Source: Mustelus asterias (lineage: Eukaryota). Taken from it: 45,019 nt of DNA. Shown here one piece after another: positions 24,561 through 36,202 of this stretch; position 1 is the first letter of the stretch; each line of letters starts with the position of its first letter. A program made the position numbers and the translations under genes. The DNA lies in NCBI RefSeq assembly GCF_964213995.1, contig NW_027590503.1:248001-293019 (forward strand), given 5' to 3'. A model generated the notes under the pieces. It was given only the letters and a program-made list of their open reading frames with translations, searched no databases and was not told the origin of the DNA.

Positions 24561-24651
24561 GGTTGGTTGGTCGAAGAGCATGATTATTGCTTCGGGTATT
24601 TTAGTCGATGAGACATGCGAGAGATCCCGGGTTCAAATCCTAAACGAGCCC
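24561..24651 (+). pseudogene. Degenerate tRNA-Pro(CGG) with 19-nt intron-like insertion (24597-24615)
   Basis: Removing 19 nt after position 37 gives a 72-nt sequence colinear with vertebrate tRNA-Pro (..GCTTCGGG|TGCGAGAG.TCCCGGGTTCAAATCC..ACGAGCCC); several stem mismatches. Confidence 0.78.
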
Positions 24652-25209
24652 TTTAATTGCCTCCTTTTGACCAAGTCAGGTATTGTGATTTGTTTCGGGT
24701 GCAAACGGCGGGATTGCTTTCCGCTGGCCAACTCCGAAAAAGGATCATAGAGGCACAAAGTTTTACAGAACGGAAAGGGGCCCTTCGGCCCATCGTGTCC
24801 GGGTTGGCCATCTGACATCTGGACTGGAAACGTTAACTCTGTTTCTCGCTCCGCAGATACTGCCAGAACTACTGAAATAACCCAGCATTTTCTGTTTTTA
24901 TTTCAGATTTACAGAATCTGCAGTATACTGCATTATATACAAGCACATATATAAAGCCTAACAGAAGGCAGCATACTATATAACTATCTATCTAGATAGA
25001 TCACTATGGGAGGAAACCGGAGCACCGGGAGGAAACTACAGGGAGAAAGTGCAAACTCCACACATACTGTGACCCGAGGTCAAGAATTGAACCTGGGACC
25101 CTGGCGCTGTGAGGCAGCAGTGCTAACCCAAAATGCATCTTCCCAGAAACAGCCAGGGTCTATAAGAAATGCATTTGCCAGCGTTGGACACCTAACCGTT
25201 TGATATCTG

Positions 25210-25282
25210 CACTCCAGATGGGACTCGAGTCCACAACCCGTGGTTTATAAAGCCAGTATCTTACCCATTACGGCAATGGGGT
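25210..25282 (-). pseudogene. Degenerate tRNA-Arg(CCT)-like pseudogene
   Basis: 73 nt colinear with vertebrate tRNA-Arg(CCT); anticodon loop and B-box mutated. Confidence 0.7.
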
Positions 25283-26548
25283 TGCATTCGTGCTATTGCT
25301 GCAGCTTGTAAAAGCTGCAAATCTTCATCATCACAGATAGTGACTAAGCCAGGAATCGAAACAACGTACTTGGCATGCTGAGGCAGCAGATCTAACCATT
25401 GTGGCGTCCTCTCCCACAAAATTCTATGAGATTCTGTAAATTGCAGATTTTGTTTATTTCTTTGCGGTGCAGATGAAGGGATTGGTTCTCATGGGGTTTA
25501 GTTTGAGAACCTGAGCACAAACTGCGGGGAATCTATCAGCACAACACACTCGATAGACAATCAAGATACATTCAACAGGGTTGGCTATGCAACTGGACAT
25601 TCATTTTATCCCCATTCACCTCTTCAGCTGACCCCATGACTGCGGGTTCGGGGAACTGGCTGGATGTTTCTTTTTGTTCATGTGGGTGTCGCTTGGTTAG
25701 ATCAGCATGGACTGCCCATCAGTAATTACCCTTGAGAATGTGGTGATGACCTGTCTTCTTGAAACGTTGCAGTGTATTTGTGTAGGTACACCCACAGTGC
25801 TGTTAGGGAGAGAATTCCAGGGATTTATCCCAATGACAGTGAAGGAACGGTGATATATTTCCAAATCAGAATGCTGAGTGACTTGAGGTGCGGGGGCGGG
25901 GGGGGGGGGGGGGGGGGGGTATGCAGTGGATCGGGGGAGTGGGGGCAAACCTGCCAGTGGTAGTGGTCTTGGGTTTTGAAGGTGCTGTCTAATGTGCGTT
26001 TGGTGAATCCCTGCATCCTCCAGACAAGTGGAAAGTATTCTATCTCACTCCTGATTTGTGCCTTGTAGATCGTGGTCTGTTTTTTGGGAGTCAGGAGGTG
26101 AGTTATTCGCCGCAGGTTTCCCAGCCTCTGACCTGCTCTTGTCGCCACCTCGAACTGATAAAATGTCTCCTGAGTCACAATAAGCGCATCTTCTTTCCTG
26201 TTCATTTTGTTGTGAATTTTCAGCACTTCTCTTTTTCCCTGAATGTATTTTTAGGCATAAGTAAGAGCCAATGTCTTTGATTGTAAGATATTCTACTCGG
26301 GTAATGTTCGGCAGTGGGTTCACAGAGGGAGTAGTTAGGGGTTGAGTCGTGTTACTGTCGCTGGAAATTAAACGCAGAGAAGCAGGCTGAATTCCAACAC
26401 AGCAGATTGACTGAATTCAAGGGCCATTAGGGATGGCAGTAAATAAAATATTAATTAAGCAACCTTTCCTCACTTAAACGTATTGGTTTCTGCCCGGCTT
26501 TGAACCGTCTGGCCAATATGTAGCAAATGTTGCAAATTCCCCGTATGT

Positions 26549-26621
26549 GGGCCAGTGGCGCAATGGATAACGCGTCTGACTACGGATCAGAAGATTCCAG
26601 GTTCGACTCCTGGCTGGCTCG
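26549..26621 (+). tRNA. tRNA-Arg(ACG), intact
   Basis: GGGCCAGTGGCGCAATGGATAACGCGTCTGACTACGGATCAGAAGATTCCAGGTTCGACTCCTGGCTGGCTCG matches the canonical vertebrate sequence; T-run terminator ~26630. Confidence 0.97.
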
Positions 26622-28021
26622 GTGTAAACTTTTAAAATAGTTCGTAAACTCCATTTCAGTTTCGATGAAAAAATGTATTTTCAGTAACTTTAAACCAATT
26701 CAGACAAATGTTTACTCAATCCAGTCACCTTCGATGAAGAAATTTATCTTAGGTCATTAATTTTCAAAAGAAAGTTGGCCATTTTAAGTAAGATTCCACT
26801 GATAAACTTTCATTGAGTATGTTTAAATTATTTTCTTTAAATTACGAATTTTCGTGAAATTATTTGGAAAAAGTATTTTAAGCTATCTTTTAAAAAGTTG
26901 GGAATTTCTAGATGAACAACGTGGAAATCTTACATTTTTCTGAATGGTGAAAATAGTTTCTAATAAGTTGATGAAAATTTGTAAAACTCTGCGGAGGAAT
27001 TTGATTTAAATATGTTTCGTAGAAAGAAGTTCACAAAATACTCAAGTTCCATCGAAATGTTTTTTCAAAAGTTGAGAAATTCTACTTAAATTCCATTGAG
27101 GAATTTCTTTGAAGTAAGTTTAGGTTAGAAAAGTTCAAATTAGCGAGAAGGTTGTGGTTTATGACCCTGAGATTATTCTCCATTTGAGTGAAGAAGATTG
27201 AGGAGTGATTTAATCGAGGTGGACTAAATTAGGACAAGTTTTGAGGGGGAAGAGGCAAATTTTAAGATTTTTGGCAAGGTGGGCGCAGAGAAGATTTGGA
27301 GGGAACATTTTTCCACAGCGAGCGCTGAGAACCAGAAACTCACTGCCTACGATAGTGTTAGATGCAGTTAATTTAGGTAAAATAAATTCTGAGGCCGGAG
27401 ATGGATTTCCTGAGAAAGGAGATGTTTCCAGGAACATTCTGAGGCAAGTATAAAGTTTATTTACTCGTCACAAGTAGGCTTACATTCATACTGAAATTAA
27501 GTTACTGTGAAATTCCCCGAGTCACCACACTCCAACGCCTGTTCAGAATCTCCTCGATGATATTGAATCGGGAAGATCAACCTGTGGAACCAAACCCCTT
27601 CCCCCGCCACCGCCCCCACCCGCTGCTGTGATGTTTGATAAGAACCCCGCTGATGTTAAATACGAGGCATCCCGAAATCAGAAAAGGTTATTTGAAACAT
27701 TGGCTCTCAGTTGTGTATGTTTTCAATTTGATATAATATGAAAAGAGATGTGCAAAATATTGAAACTATCGAATTGGAACTTCCGACATTGTTACAACAA
27801 CATTAACTTACTTGGTTTGGTTTGACCTAAAAAAAAAGAGGACAACAACATTAACTATTTCCCCTCACTGCCACCAGCTCCCACGCTGTGTAGGTTAAGG
27901 GGTGACCATTGCAGTGAATTCTCGTCTCTCTAAAAAAACAACTTGACTGATTCGCTGAAGCTGCTTTGACGTAATGAGTTGGAGAGCAAAGAGTCTGTGA
28001 GCTGATTGGATGAATTGGCCA

Positions 28022-28131
28022 TGATGTGGAGTTGCCTGCGTTGGACTGGGGTAGACACAATAAGTAGTCTCACAACACCAGGTTAAATTTAGTAACACGA
28101 GCTTCTGGAGCGCTGCGCCTTCATCAGGTGA
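28022..28131 (-). mobile_element. Short Penelope-like terminal-repeat remnant with degenerate hammerhead core
   Basis: Minus strand CACCTGATGAAGGCGCAGCGCTCCAGAAGCT (CUGAUGA present, GAAA altered); family assignment from recall. Confidence 0.5.
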
Positions 28132-28154
28132 CGGATGAATTGGAGAACAGGAGA

Positions 28155-29113
28155 CAAAGAACAACAAAGAACAAAGAACAATACAGCACAGGAACAGGCC
28201 CTTCGGCCCTCCAAGCCCGCGCCGCTCCCTGGTCCAAACTAGACCATTCTTTTGTATCCCTTCATTCCCACTCCGTTCATGTGGCTATCGAGATAAGTCT
28301 TAAACGTTCCCAGTGTGTCCACCTCCACCACCTTGCCCGGCAGCGCATTCCAGGTCCCCACCATCCTCTGTGTCAAATACGTCCTTCTGATATCCGTGTT
28401 AAACCTCCCCCCCCTTCACCTTGAACCTATGACCCCTCGTGAACGTCACCACCGACCTTGGAAAAAGCTTCCCACCGTTCACTCTATCTATGCCTTTCAT
28501 AATTTTATACACCTCTATTAGGTCACCCCTCATCCTCCGTCTTTCCAGTGAGAACAACCCCAGTTTACCCAATCTCTCCTCATAACTAAGCCCTTCCATA
28601 CCAGGCAACATCCTGGTAAACCTCCTCTGCACTCTCTCTAAAGCCTCAACGTCCTAATGGTAGTGTGGCGACCTGAACTGGGTGCAGTATTCCAAATGCG
28701 GCCGAACCAACGTTCTATACAACTGCAACATCAGACCCCAACTTTTATACTCTATGCCTCGTCCTATTAAGGCAAGCATGCCATATGCCTTATTCACTAC
28801 CTTCTCCACCTGTGACGTCACCTTCAAGGATCTGTGGACTTGCACACCCAAGTCCCTCTTCGTATCTACACCCTTTCTGGTTCTGCCATTTATCGTATAG
28901 CTCCCCCCCTACGTTAGTTCTACCAAAATGCATCAATTCGCATTTATCTCGATTGAACTCCATCTGCCATTTCTTTGCCCAAATTTCCAGCCTATCTACA
29001 TCCTTCTGTAGCCTCTGACAATGTTCCTCACTATCTGCAAGTCCAGCCGTTTTCGTGTCGTCCGCAAACTTACTGATCACCCCAGTTACAGCTTCTTCCA
29101 GATCGTTTATATA
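28155..29113 (-). mobile_element. 5'-truncated CR1 LINE, same subfamily as 3803-5054
   Basis: Near-identical ORF2 peptides ([30 protein letters not shown]) and the same (GTTCTTT)n tail; stops and frameshifts. Confidence 0.92.
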
Positions 29114-29257
29114 ACCGTGGAGCTGATTAGACGTCACCAGTTGATTCTTTCAGGAATGAACCAATCGCTGGAGAGACCGGATATATATGAATATCTTCAC
29201 AGAAACAATTACAGATTCACCCATTCTGTTTAATTCCGCAATAAACTTGCTGCAAAG

Positions 29258-29809
29258 ATGTAGGGTCTCGTTTTGTATTAAGTTCTCACTGTTTCAGCTC
29301 TCTTACTTGGTCAGCCAACAATTTACACAATCTTCCTCTTGCAAGCAACTTCGACATTAATTTAATTTCACTTTGTTGCTAATTACAATGTGATCCGTTC
29401 CCTAATGCTATTATTTACAATCAAATGATAATGACATCTTAACGCTTGATGTTTCTAAATTTCTGCAGGTGTCATTGCTGCAGACTCGATCTCACAGGAG
29501 CCGGTGATAGCGATGAAGTTTAAAGGAGACTCGGTGCCCATTAAGTTCAACTGCTCAGCAACTGGTGCATATTATATTCAATTTTACCGCCAGGACAGGG
29601 AGAAAGCTCCCACCTTCTTGATCCACACTCCCAATTATGGAGGTATTTCCAGTGCCGAGGACGTGGGGCTCCGATTTTCTGTATCCATCGACAGGTCCAA
29701 AAGCAAGGGGAAGCTCACCACCCGTGAGCTGTGGCTGTCTGATAGCGCGGTGTATTGCTGGGGACTGAGAAACAGTGACAGAAACCAGAGGGAGCCTCGT
29801 ATAAATAAA
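29258..29809 (+). pseudogene. TCR alpha/delta-type V pseudogene 2 (leader 29258-29309, V exon 29469-29770, defective 23-RSS 29771-29809)
   Basis: Leader M*GLVLY*VLTVSALLL; V frame open (DSISQ..YRQD..PTFLI..RFS..SDSAVYCWGLR) but canonical Cys and Trp replaced; heptamer AACAGTG, 23-bp spacer, degenerate nonamer. Confidence 0.88.
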
Positions 29810-30897
29810 ACTGCCGCAGAGTGACAGGGTGAATGGAGCAGCGAATGGTAAAATTCTTTATACGCAGCATGATTCACTCTGTGGTCCCTGTATACATTTT
29901 CAGTATTGCTGATATTGACAACAGGAGAGTCGATGGCTTTATGGTATTCGCGCGAGGTTATTCAGAAACTCAGCTAATGTTGTGCGGACCCGATTCAATG
30001 AAAACAATATATATAATTAAGAATCTACTGATGACCATGAAACCATTGTCGGAAAAAACAATCTTGTTCAATAATGTACTTAAGGGAAGGAAACCTGCCG
30101 TCCTTACCTGGTCCGGCCTACGTGTGACTCCAGAGGCACAGCAATGTGGTTGGCTCTCAACTCGTGATGGGGAATAAATGCTGGCCAACCAGTGGCACCC
30201 ATGTCAGACACACAGAAAAAGGAAATCACTGGAATCTCTGTTGAAACTGTCCTGATAATAAGGCTAATGGACATATTGAGGAAAAGCAATGATATAATTA
30301 TTTAGCCTTCCTTAACTTCCGTGTCACAATAAGAAAATAAGCAGTTTTTTGTAGAATGTCAATTATTGAGCATGTTCAAAAAATTCAGTAGCTTCATGGA
30401 GCATCATCACATCAAGGGTTATGCAGATAGCGCTGGAAAGTGGCGTTCAGGCTGATCAGCCCCGATCTAACTGAATGGCGACACCAAATCGAAGGACCGA
30501 ATGGCCGACTGCTGCTCCCATGTTCTTTTACCCCATTTTTCGATATTCCTCCCCAAGTCAATCGCTAAATCTGGAAGTTCTCGCTGTAGGATAGTGACTT
30601 TACTGTTAGTTTGTTTACTGTCCGTTATCTCACCACTTGGGTGTCACACAGCACCACTGGGGACAGTTGAAATACTGTGTACAGTTCTGGTCACTGTACT
30701 AAATTAGAAAGAGTGCAGAAATTATCTACTAGGATGTACGCTTTACAATGAACGCTTTAAAAATTTGAAGTTCAAGATAAGTTAGTAAATTGAAAGTGAC
30801 GGTTTTCTTCTTGAATTGACTGACATGGGCTTTCAGTCGAAACACAGTGCAGTTGAACATTGCAGATAGGCCGGTTTGCTGGAGTGTGCAGTCTTCT

Positions 30898-30970
30898 GTT
30901 TCTGTGGTGCTGTGGTTATCACGTTTGCCTCACACGCGAAAAGTCAACGGTTCGAAACCGGCCAGAAGTA
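30898..30970 (+). pseudogene. tRNA-Val(CAC), degenerate
   Basis: 73 nt colinear with vertebrate tRNA-Val; acceptor and T-stem mismatches. Confidence 0.82.
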
Positions 30971-31937
30971 CTGTTGGATTTATCTCGTTGAGCGTGAGCT
31001 AAATCTGCAGAATTGAAGTTCATTGCTCTATATTATGTGAATCTCCATGTTACGTCAACTGAAATGTTTTTCGGAAAATCAGAATTGCTGTATTTTAGGA
31101 TGCAAAAGCAGGAAATAAATGTATGTACTGCTTATACACATATTCGCAACTCGTTCAATCCACAACAGAATTTAATGGCTTCAGAGATGCAGACTAACAT
31201 AGTTAATTACCATCTGAAACATGTCTATTAGTATTGTGTGCTCATAAAGACAGACACAAGTGAAACTGTAACTGAACTAGAGGAAATGGCGCACATTTCC
31301 CAGCAGCATCTTTTTAAAATTGTTCTTCATGATAAAGGAATGGGAAAAACCACTCAGACAGATGAGGAGATCGGGAATCAGTGGGGACCTCCTAGAGATG
31401 AACGAGATTTAGGCGCCAGAATGTTTCACACGCGGAATAAAGAGGCATCAAGTAGAACGAATAGATCATTCTTAAATCTCTTCCCTTGAAATGAATTGGA
31501 TTTTGTTTGAAAGATGAGTGTGGTCATTCTCAAATAAGCACCATGGGATGAGTATTATCCAGTGACTCGATTTATTTTGTTTGTTAGTCATGTTTGCAAT
31601 TGAATGTTGTATATTTCAGAGAGGTTCAATTCAGAATGAGGGCATCTGTGTTAAATAAAAGTATTGAAATTAAATGTTGAATAACTACAAATGCAGGATA
31701 TAACTGGTTGAACGTATTCTACGAAGATGAGATGATTGAGCAGAAATCATTGCTCCCTTTGACATTTGACAGACGAACGCTTTTTAAGTTTTGAAGTTCA
31801 AGATAAATTGAGATATCAGGTTGAAAGTAACGGATTTGTTCTTGTATTGGTCCTTCAATCTTACCGTCTGAACCGGCAGCAACACAGTGGAGTGAAATAT
31901 TGTAGTCAAGCCAATTAGCGAGTCGGTGCTGTCTCTT

Positions 31938-32010
31938 GTCCCTGTAGCATAGTGGTTATCACGTTCGCCTAACACGTGAAAGGTCCCCGATCTGAAAACG
32001 GGCAGAAACA
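31938..32010 (+). pseudogene. tRNA-Val(AAC), degenerate
   Basis: 73 nt colinear; B-box changed to GATCTGAAA. Confidence 0.82.
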
Positions 32011-32446
32011 TTCATTAGCTTTTCTCATGAAGGGTGAGTGAAATCTGAATGATTTCAGTTGGTTGCTGAACATTATCCGAATCTCGATGTTAAAGCCACG
32101 TTATCTTTGCTCTGACCTCGGCCTCAAATGCTTTCTGTAAAATAAGAAATGCTGATTTTTTTGACGCATTGAGAGGAAAGAAAGGTTTCGTTTTGACACT
32201 CTGCACATGTTAGCATTTCGTTCAGTCTCCAGTAGAATTTAATGGGTTTATAGGCGCAGACGAACATAGTTAATTACCATCTGAAACATGTCTAATAGTA
32301 GTGTGTGCTCAAAAAGACAGACACAAGTGATATTGTAAATGAACTACAGGAAATAGCACACATTTCCCAGAAGAATCTTTTTTAAATCAAAATAAATAAA
32401 TAACAAAGAATTAGGAATAACCACTCAGACAGATGAGGAAATCGAG

Positions 32447-33482
32447 ACTCACTGGTGACAAGTGGTGTCCCGCAGGGTTCAGTGTTGGGGCCACAGCTGT
32501 TCTCTTTATATATTAACGATCTAGATGACGGGACTGGGAGCATTCTGGCCAAGTTTGCCGATGATACAAAGATAGGTGGAGGGGCAGGTAGTATTGAGGA
32601 GGTGGCGAGGCTGCAGAAAGATTTAGACAGTTTAGGAGAGTGGTCCAAGAAGTGGCTGATGAAATTCAACGTGGGCAAGTGCGAGGTTGTACACTTTGGA
32701 AAAAAGAATAGAGGCATGGACTATTTTCTAAACGGTGACAAAATTCATAATGCTAAAGTGCAAAGGGACTTGGGAGTCCTAGTCCAGGATTCTCTAAAGG
32801 TAAACTTGCAGGTTGAGTCCGTAATTAAGAAAGCAAATGTAATGTTGTCATTTATCTCAAGAGGCTTGGAATACAAAAGCAGGGATGTACTTCTGAGGCT
32901 TTATAAAGCACTGGTTAGGCCCCATTTGGAGTACTGTGAGCAATTTTGGGCCCCACACCTCAGGAAGGACATACTGGCACTGGAGTGGGTCCAGCGGAGA
33001 TTCACACGGATGATCCCAGGAATGGTAGGCCTGACATACGATGAACGTCTGAGGATCGTGGGATTATATTCATTGGAGTTTAGGAGGTTGAGGGGAGATC
33101 TGATAGAAACTTACAAGATAATGAACGGCTTAGATAGGATGGACGTAGGGAAGTTGTTTCCATTAACAGGGGAGACTAGGACGCGGGGGCACAGCCTTAG
33201 AATAAAAGGGAGTCACTTTAGAACAGAGATGAGGAGAAATTTCTTCAGCCAGAGAGTGGTGGGTCTGTGGAATTCATTGCCACAGAGGGCTGTGGAGGCC
33301 GAGACGTTGAGCGTCTTCAAGACAGAAATTGATAAATTCTTGATTTCTCGAGGAATTAAGGGCTATGGGGAGAGAGCGGGTAAATGGAGTTGAAATCAAC
33401 CATGATTGAATGGTGGAGTGGACTCGATGGGCCGAATGGCCTTACTTCCGCTCCTATGTCTTATGGTCTTATGGTCTTATGG
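32447..33482 (+). mobile_element. 5'-truncated young CR1 LINE with open ORF2 C-terminus
   Basis: 312-aa uninterrupted ORF ([14 protein letters not shown]); (GTCTTATG)n tail. Confidence 0.94.
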
Positions 33483-34234
33483 ATTTACGGGACTTTCCTA
33501 CAGATGGCCGGAATTTATGCACCTGAATGTTTCACACTCATAATAACAAGCCTCAAGTATAACTAACAGATAATTCTTCTATCTCTTCCATTTAAATATA
33601 GATAACTTTGTTTAAAAACTGACTGTGGTGAATCTCAAAGAAACACTATGGGATCTGTATTACCCGGTGACTCGATTCCATCTGTTGGTCAGTTATGTTT
33701 GCAATTCAATGATGTTCAATTTCAGAGCTATTCAATTCATAATGAAGACATATGTGTTAAATAATGTATTGATATTAAATATTAGAAACAAAGATCGAAA
33801 CATAGAAAACTACAGCACAAAACAGGCCCTTCGGCCCCACAAGTTGTGCCGAACATATCCCTACCTTTTAGGCCGACCTATAACCCTCCATCCCATTAAG
33901 TCCCATATACTCATCCAGAAGTCTCTTAAAAGACCCAAACAAAATACCCTATTTAATAACGAAAAAATACTGAGTACAATTGGTTGAAATTATTCGAAGG
34001 AAGATGAGAATGATGCATTAATGATTGAGCAGAAATCATTGCTTCCTTAGCCATTTGCCGGGCGAACGTTTTATAATTTTGAAGGACAAGGTAAGTTGCG
34101 ACATCAGGTAGAAAGTAATGGATGTCTTCTTGGATTAAGTGACATGGGCTCTCAATCTAAACATCAGAACCTGCAGCATGACAGTGGAGCTGAATATTGT
34201 AATCAGGCCATTTGACGACGCTGTGCTGTCCTTT

Positions 34235-34307
34235 GTTTCTGTAGTGTCGTGGTTATCAATTTCGCTCAACACGCGAAATGTCTCCGCTTCGATGCCAGGT
34301 AGAAACA
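34235..34307 (+). pseudogene. tRNA-Val(AAC), degenerate
   Basis: 73 nt colinear with multiple stem mismatches. Confidence 0.78.
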
Positions 34308-35860
34308 TTCTCATGTAGGGTGAGGGAAGTCTGTCTGATTTCAGTTTGTTGCTGAACATTATCCGTAATCTCAGTGTTACAGCCATGTTATCTTTGCTCT
34401 GACATCGGCCTCAAATGCTTCCCCCAAAATCACAAATGCTGACGCTCCTATTTTGGCACCGTTCACAGGTTAGCATCTCGTTCAGCCTGCAACACAATTT
34501 AATGGGTTTATAGGTGCAGACTAACATAGTTAATCACCATCTGAAACATGTCTAACAGTATTGTGTGCTCAAAAGACGGACACAAGTGAAACTGTAACTG
34601 AAGTAGAGGAAATGGCACACATTGCCCAGAAGCATCTTTTTATTTGCATATATATTTATTTTTGCAATCTTTTAAGTTAAGAGCTACAACGAAAGGTGAG
34701 GAATTTTCTTGTGCAATTCTTTTCTAATAACAAGTAACGAAAGCGATAATTGGGTCGCAGCATTTTAACACGAGTGCTGAGTGTTCAGACACAGCTTCTC
34801 TGCTTCCTCCTGCACCATCTGACGGCGCCATTGCTCTGTGCCGGGCTTGGGTTTGGCAATTACCCCACCCCTTCCCTCTTCACACCACTTGTTCCAAAAG
34901 GCAAATATTCGGGCAGCTTCATTGCACGTTGCTGAAGGTGCAAAAGAAGAACGAAAATTAAATTCAACGAGAGAAACTGAGAGAGGAAACAGGACTGAAA
35001 TTGAGGAGCAAAGGGAGATGGTACAGACACAAATAATAAAAGGAAGAATGAATATTATAGAGGAAACAATCATGTGGTGATTCTCAAAAAATGTCAGCCG
35101 TTTTGTTTAAGTTTTAGTTTATTTGTTTTGTGATGCATATTCCCTAATTATGGGCGATTATGGCCAGATTAGCATTACTCGTCCATCGCTATCTTGACCC
35201 ACCATCGTGTAAATGGTGACGGTGCTGTTCTGGAGATATTTTCAGGATTTTGAGCGAGAGACAACAAGAGGAACGGCGCTTGTGCCGGAGTTAGAATTGA
35301 GTGCGGCTTATGGAATCGCTGGATAACATAGGCAGGAAGTAGGGCCTTTGGGAAAGTGTGTCTGTGCTTCCAGTTTGCAGCGCTGTACAATAAAGTCAGC
35401 TACATCTCCATTGCCTATGGAGCTGCACTTTTTCATTTTCAAACATATATTGAATCACATTTTATTTAATCTTCCTCTACCACGCTTCTGGGCAGTGTTT
35501 TCAAGATGATCACAACTCGATTTGAAAATTATGGCAAATCCAAGCCCCCCTCCAGAAACTTTTGATCAATCACCTATAATTCGTAAGCCCTCATCGGCAT
35601 TCCTGATGACAGTGGAAATAATTTCCTAATATCTACATCCAGAGATAAACTCTCATAAATCTGGTCACTTCCATGACAATTCCTCTTAACAGCCTTCTTT
35701 CCAAGGAAATCAATTCAGTTTATCTGCTCACTCTGCGACACCTTGGCACAATTGTGACAGATAATAAGAATGGGTATCCTGAATGAGCAATTTTACTCTA
35801 CAAGTGTCGCACGGTGGTCGATGCCATCAAATAACTCTCCTGTTATGTCGTGTTTTGTCA

Positions 35861-36202
35861 GGTTTCTTGTGTGGGCTCGTGTGGTTGTGAAGCATTGTGA
35901 TCCTCAATCCGCAGATATAGAGGGCGCTGTCTTTCGTCTCCACTGCAGAAATTGCAAAGGGAAAATCTGATATTGACTGAACCGACGAGCATCGAATTTT
36001 CTTTTGAAAAACTCGGCATCACAGCGTCTGAAGTTATCCGATACAATATAAAATAGAGTGGCTGTTTCGGTTACAGCAAGTACCCATAGCGACCCGGTTC
36101 AACAGAACTGGAGTTATGATTACAGTTCAATTCCAGATTAGCTCCCGCAGTAGCCTTCAATTCATGTTGCCCCTATGTGACCGAACTCTCTTAGATTTGA
36201 CC
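35861..36202 (-). pseudogene. TCR alpha/delta-type V pseudogene 3 with 22/23-spacer RSS
   Basis: SSVT*GQHELKATAGANLELNCNH..PKQPLYFILYR..(frameshifts)..AISAVETKDSALYICGLR; heptamer CACAATG (35899-35893); nonamer-like ACAAGAAAC(C); acceptor mutated; possible leader donor ~36591. Confidence 0.82.

Larger units (their letters stand above)
30750..34640 (+). repeat. Three diverged tandem units (~1.04 kb; third unit partial), each carrying a tRNA-Val
   Basis: Shared blocks such as AACATAGTTAAT.ACCATCTGAAACATGTCTA at ~31195, ~32262 and ~34522; unit 2 is interrupted by CR1. Confidence 0.88.
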
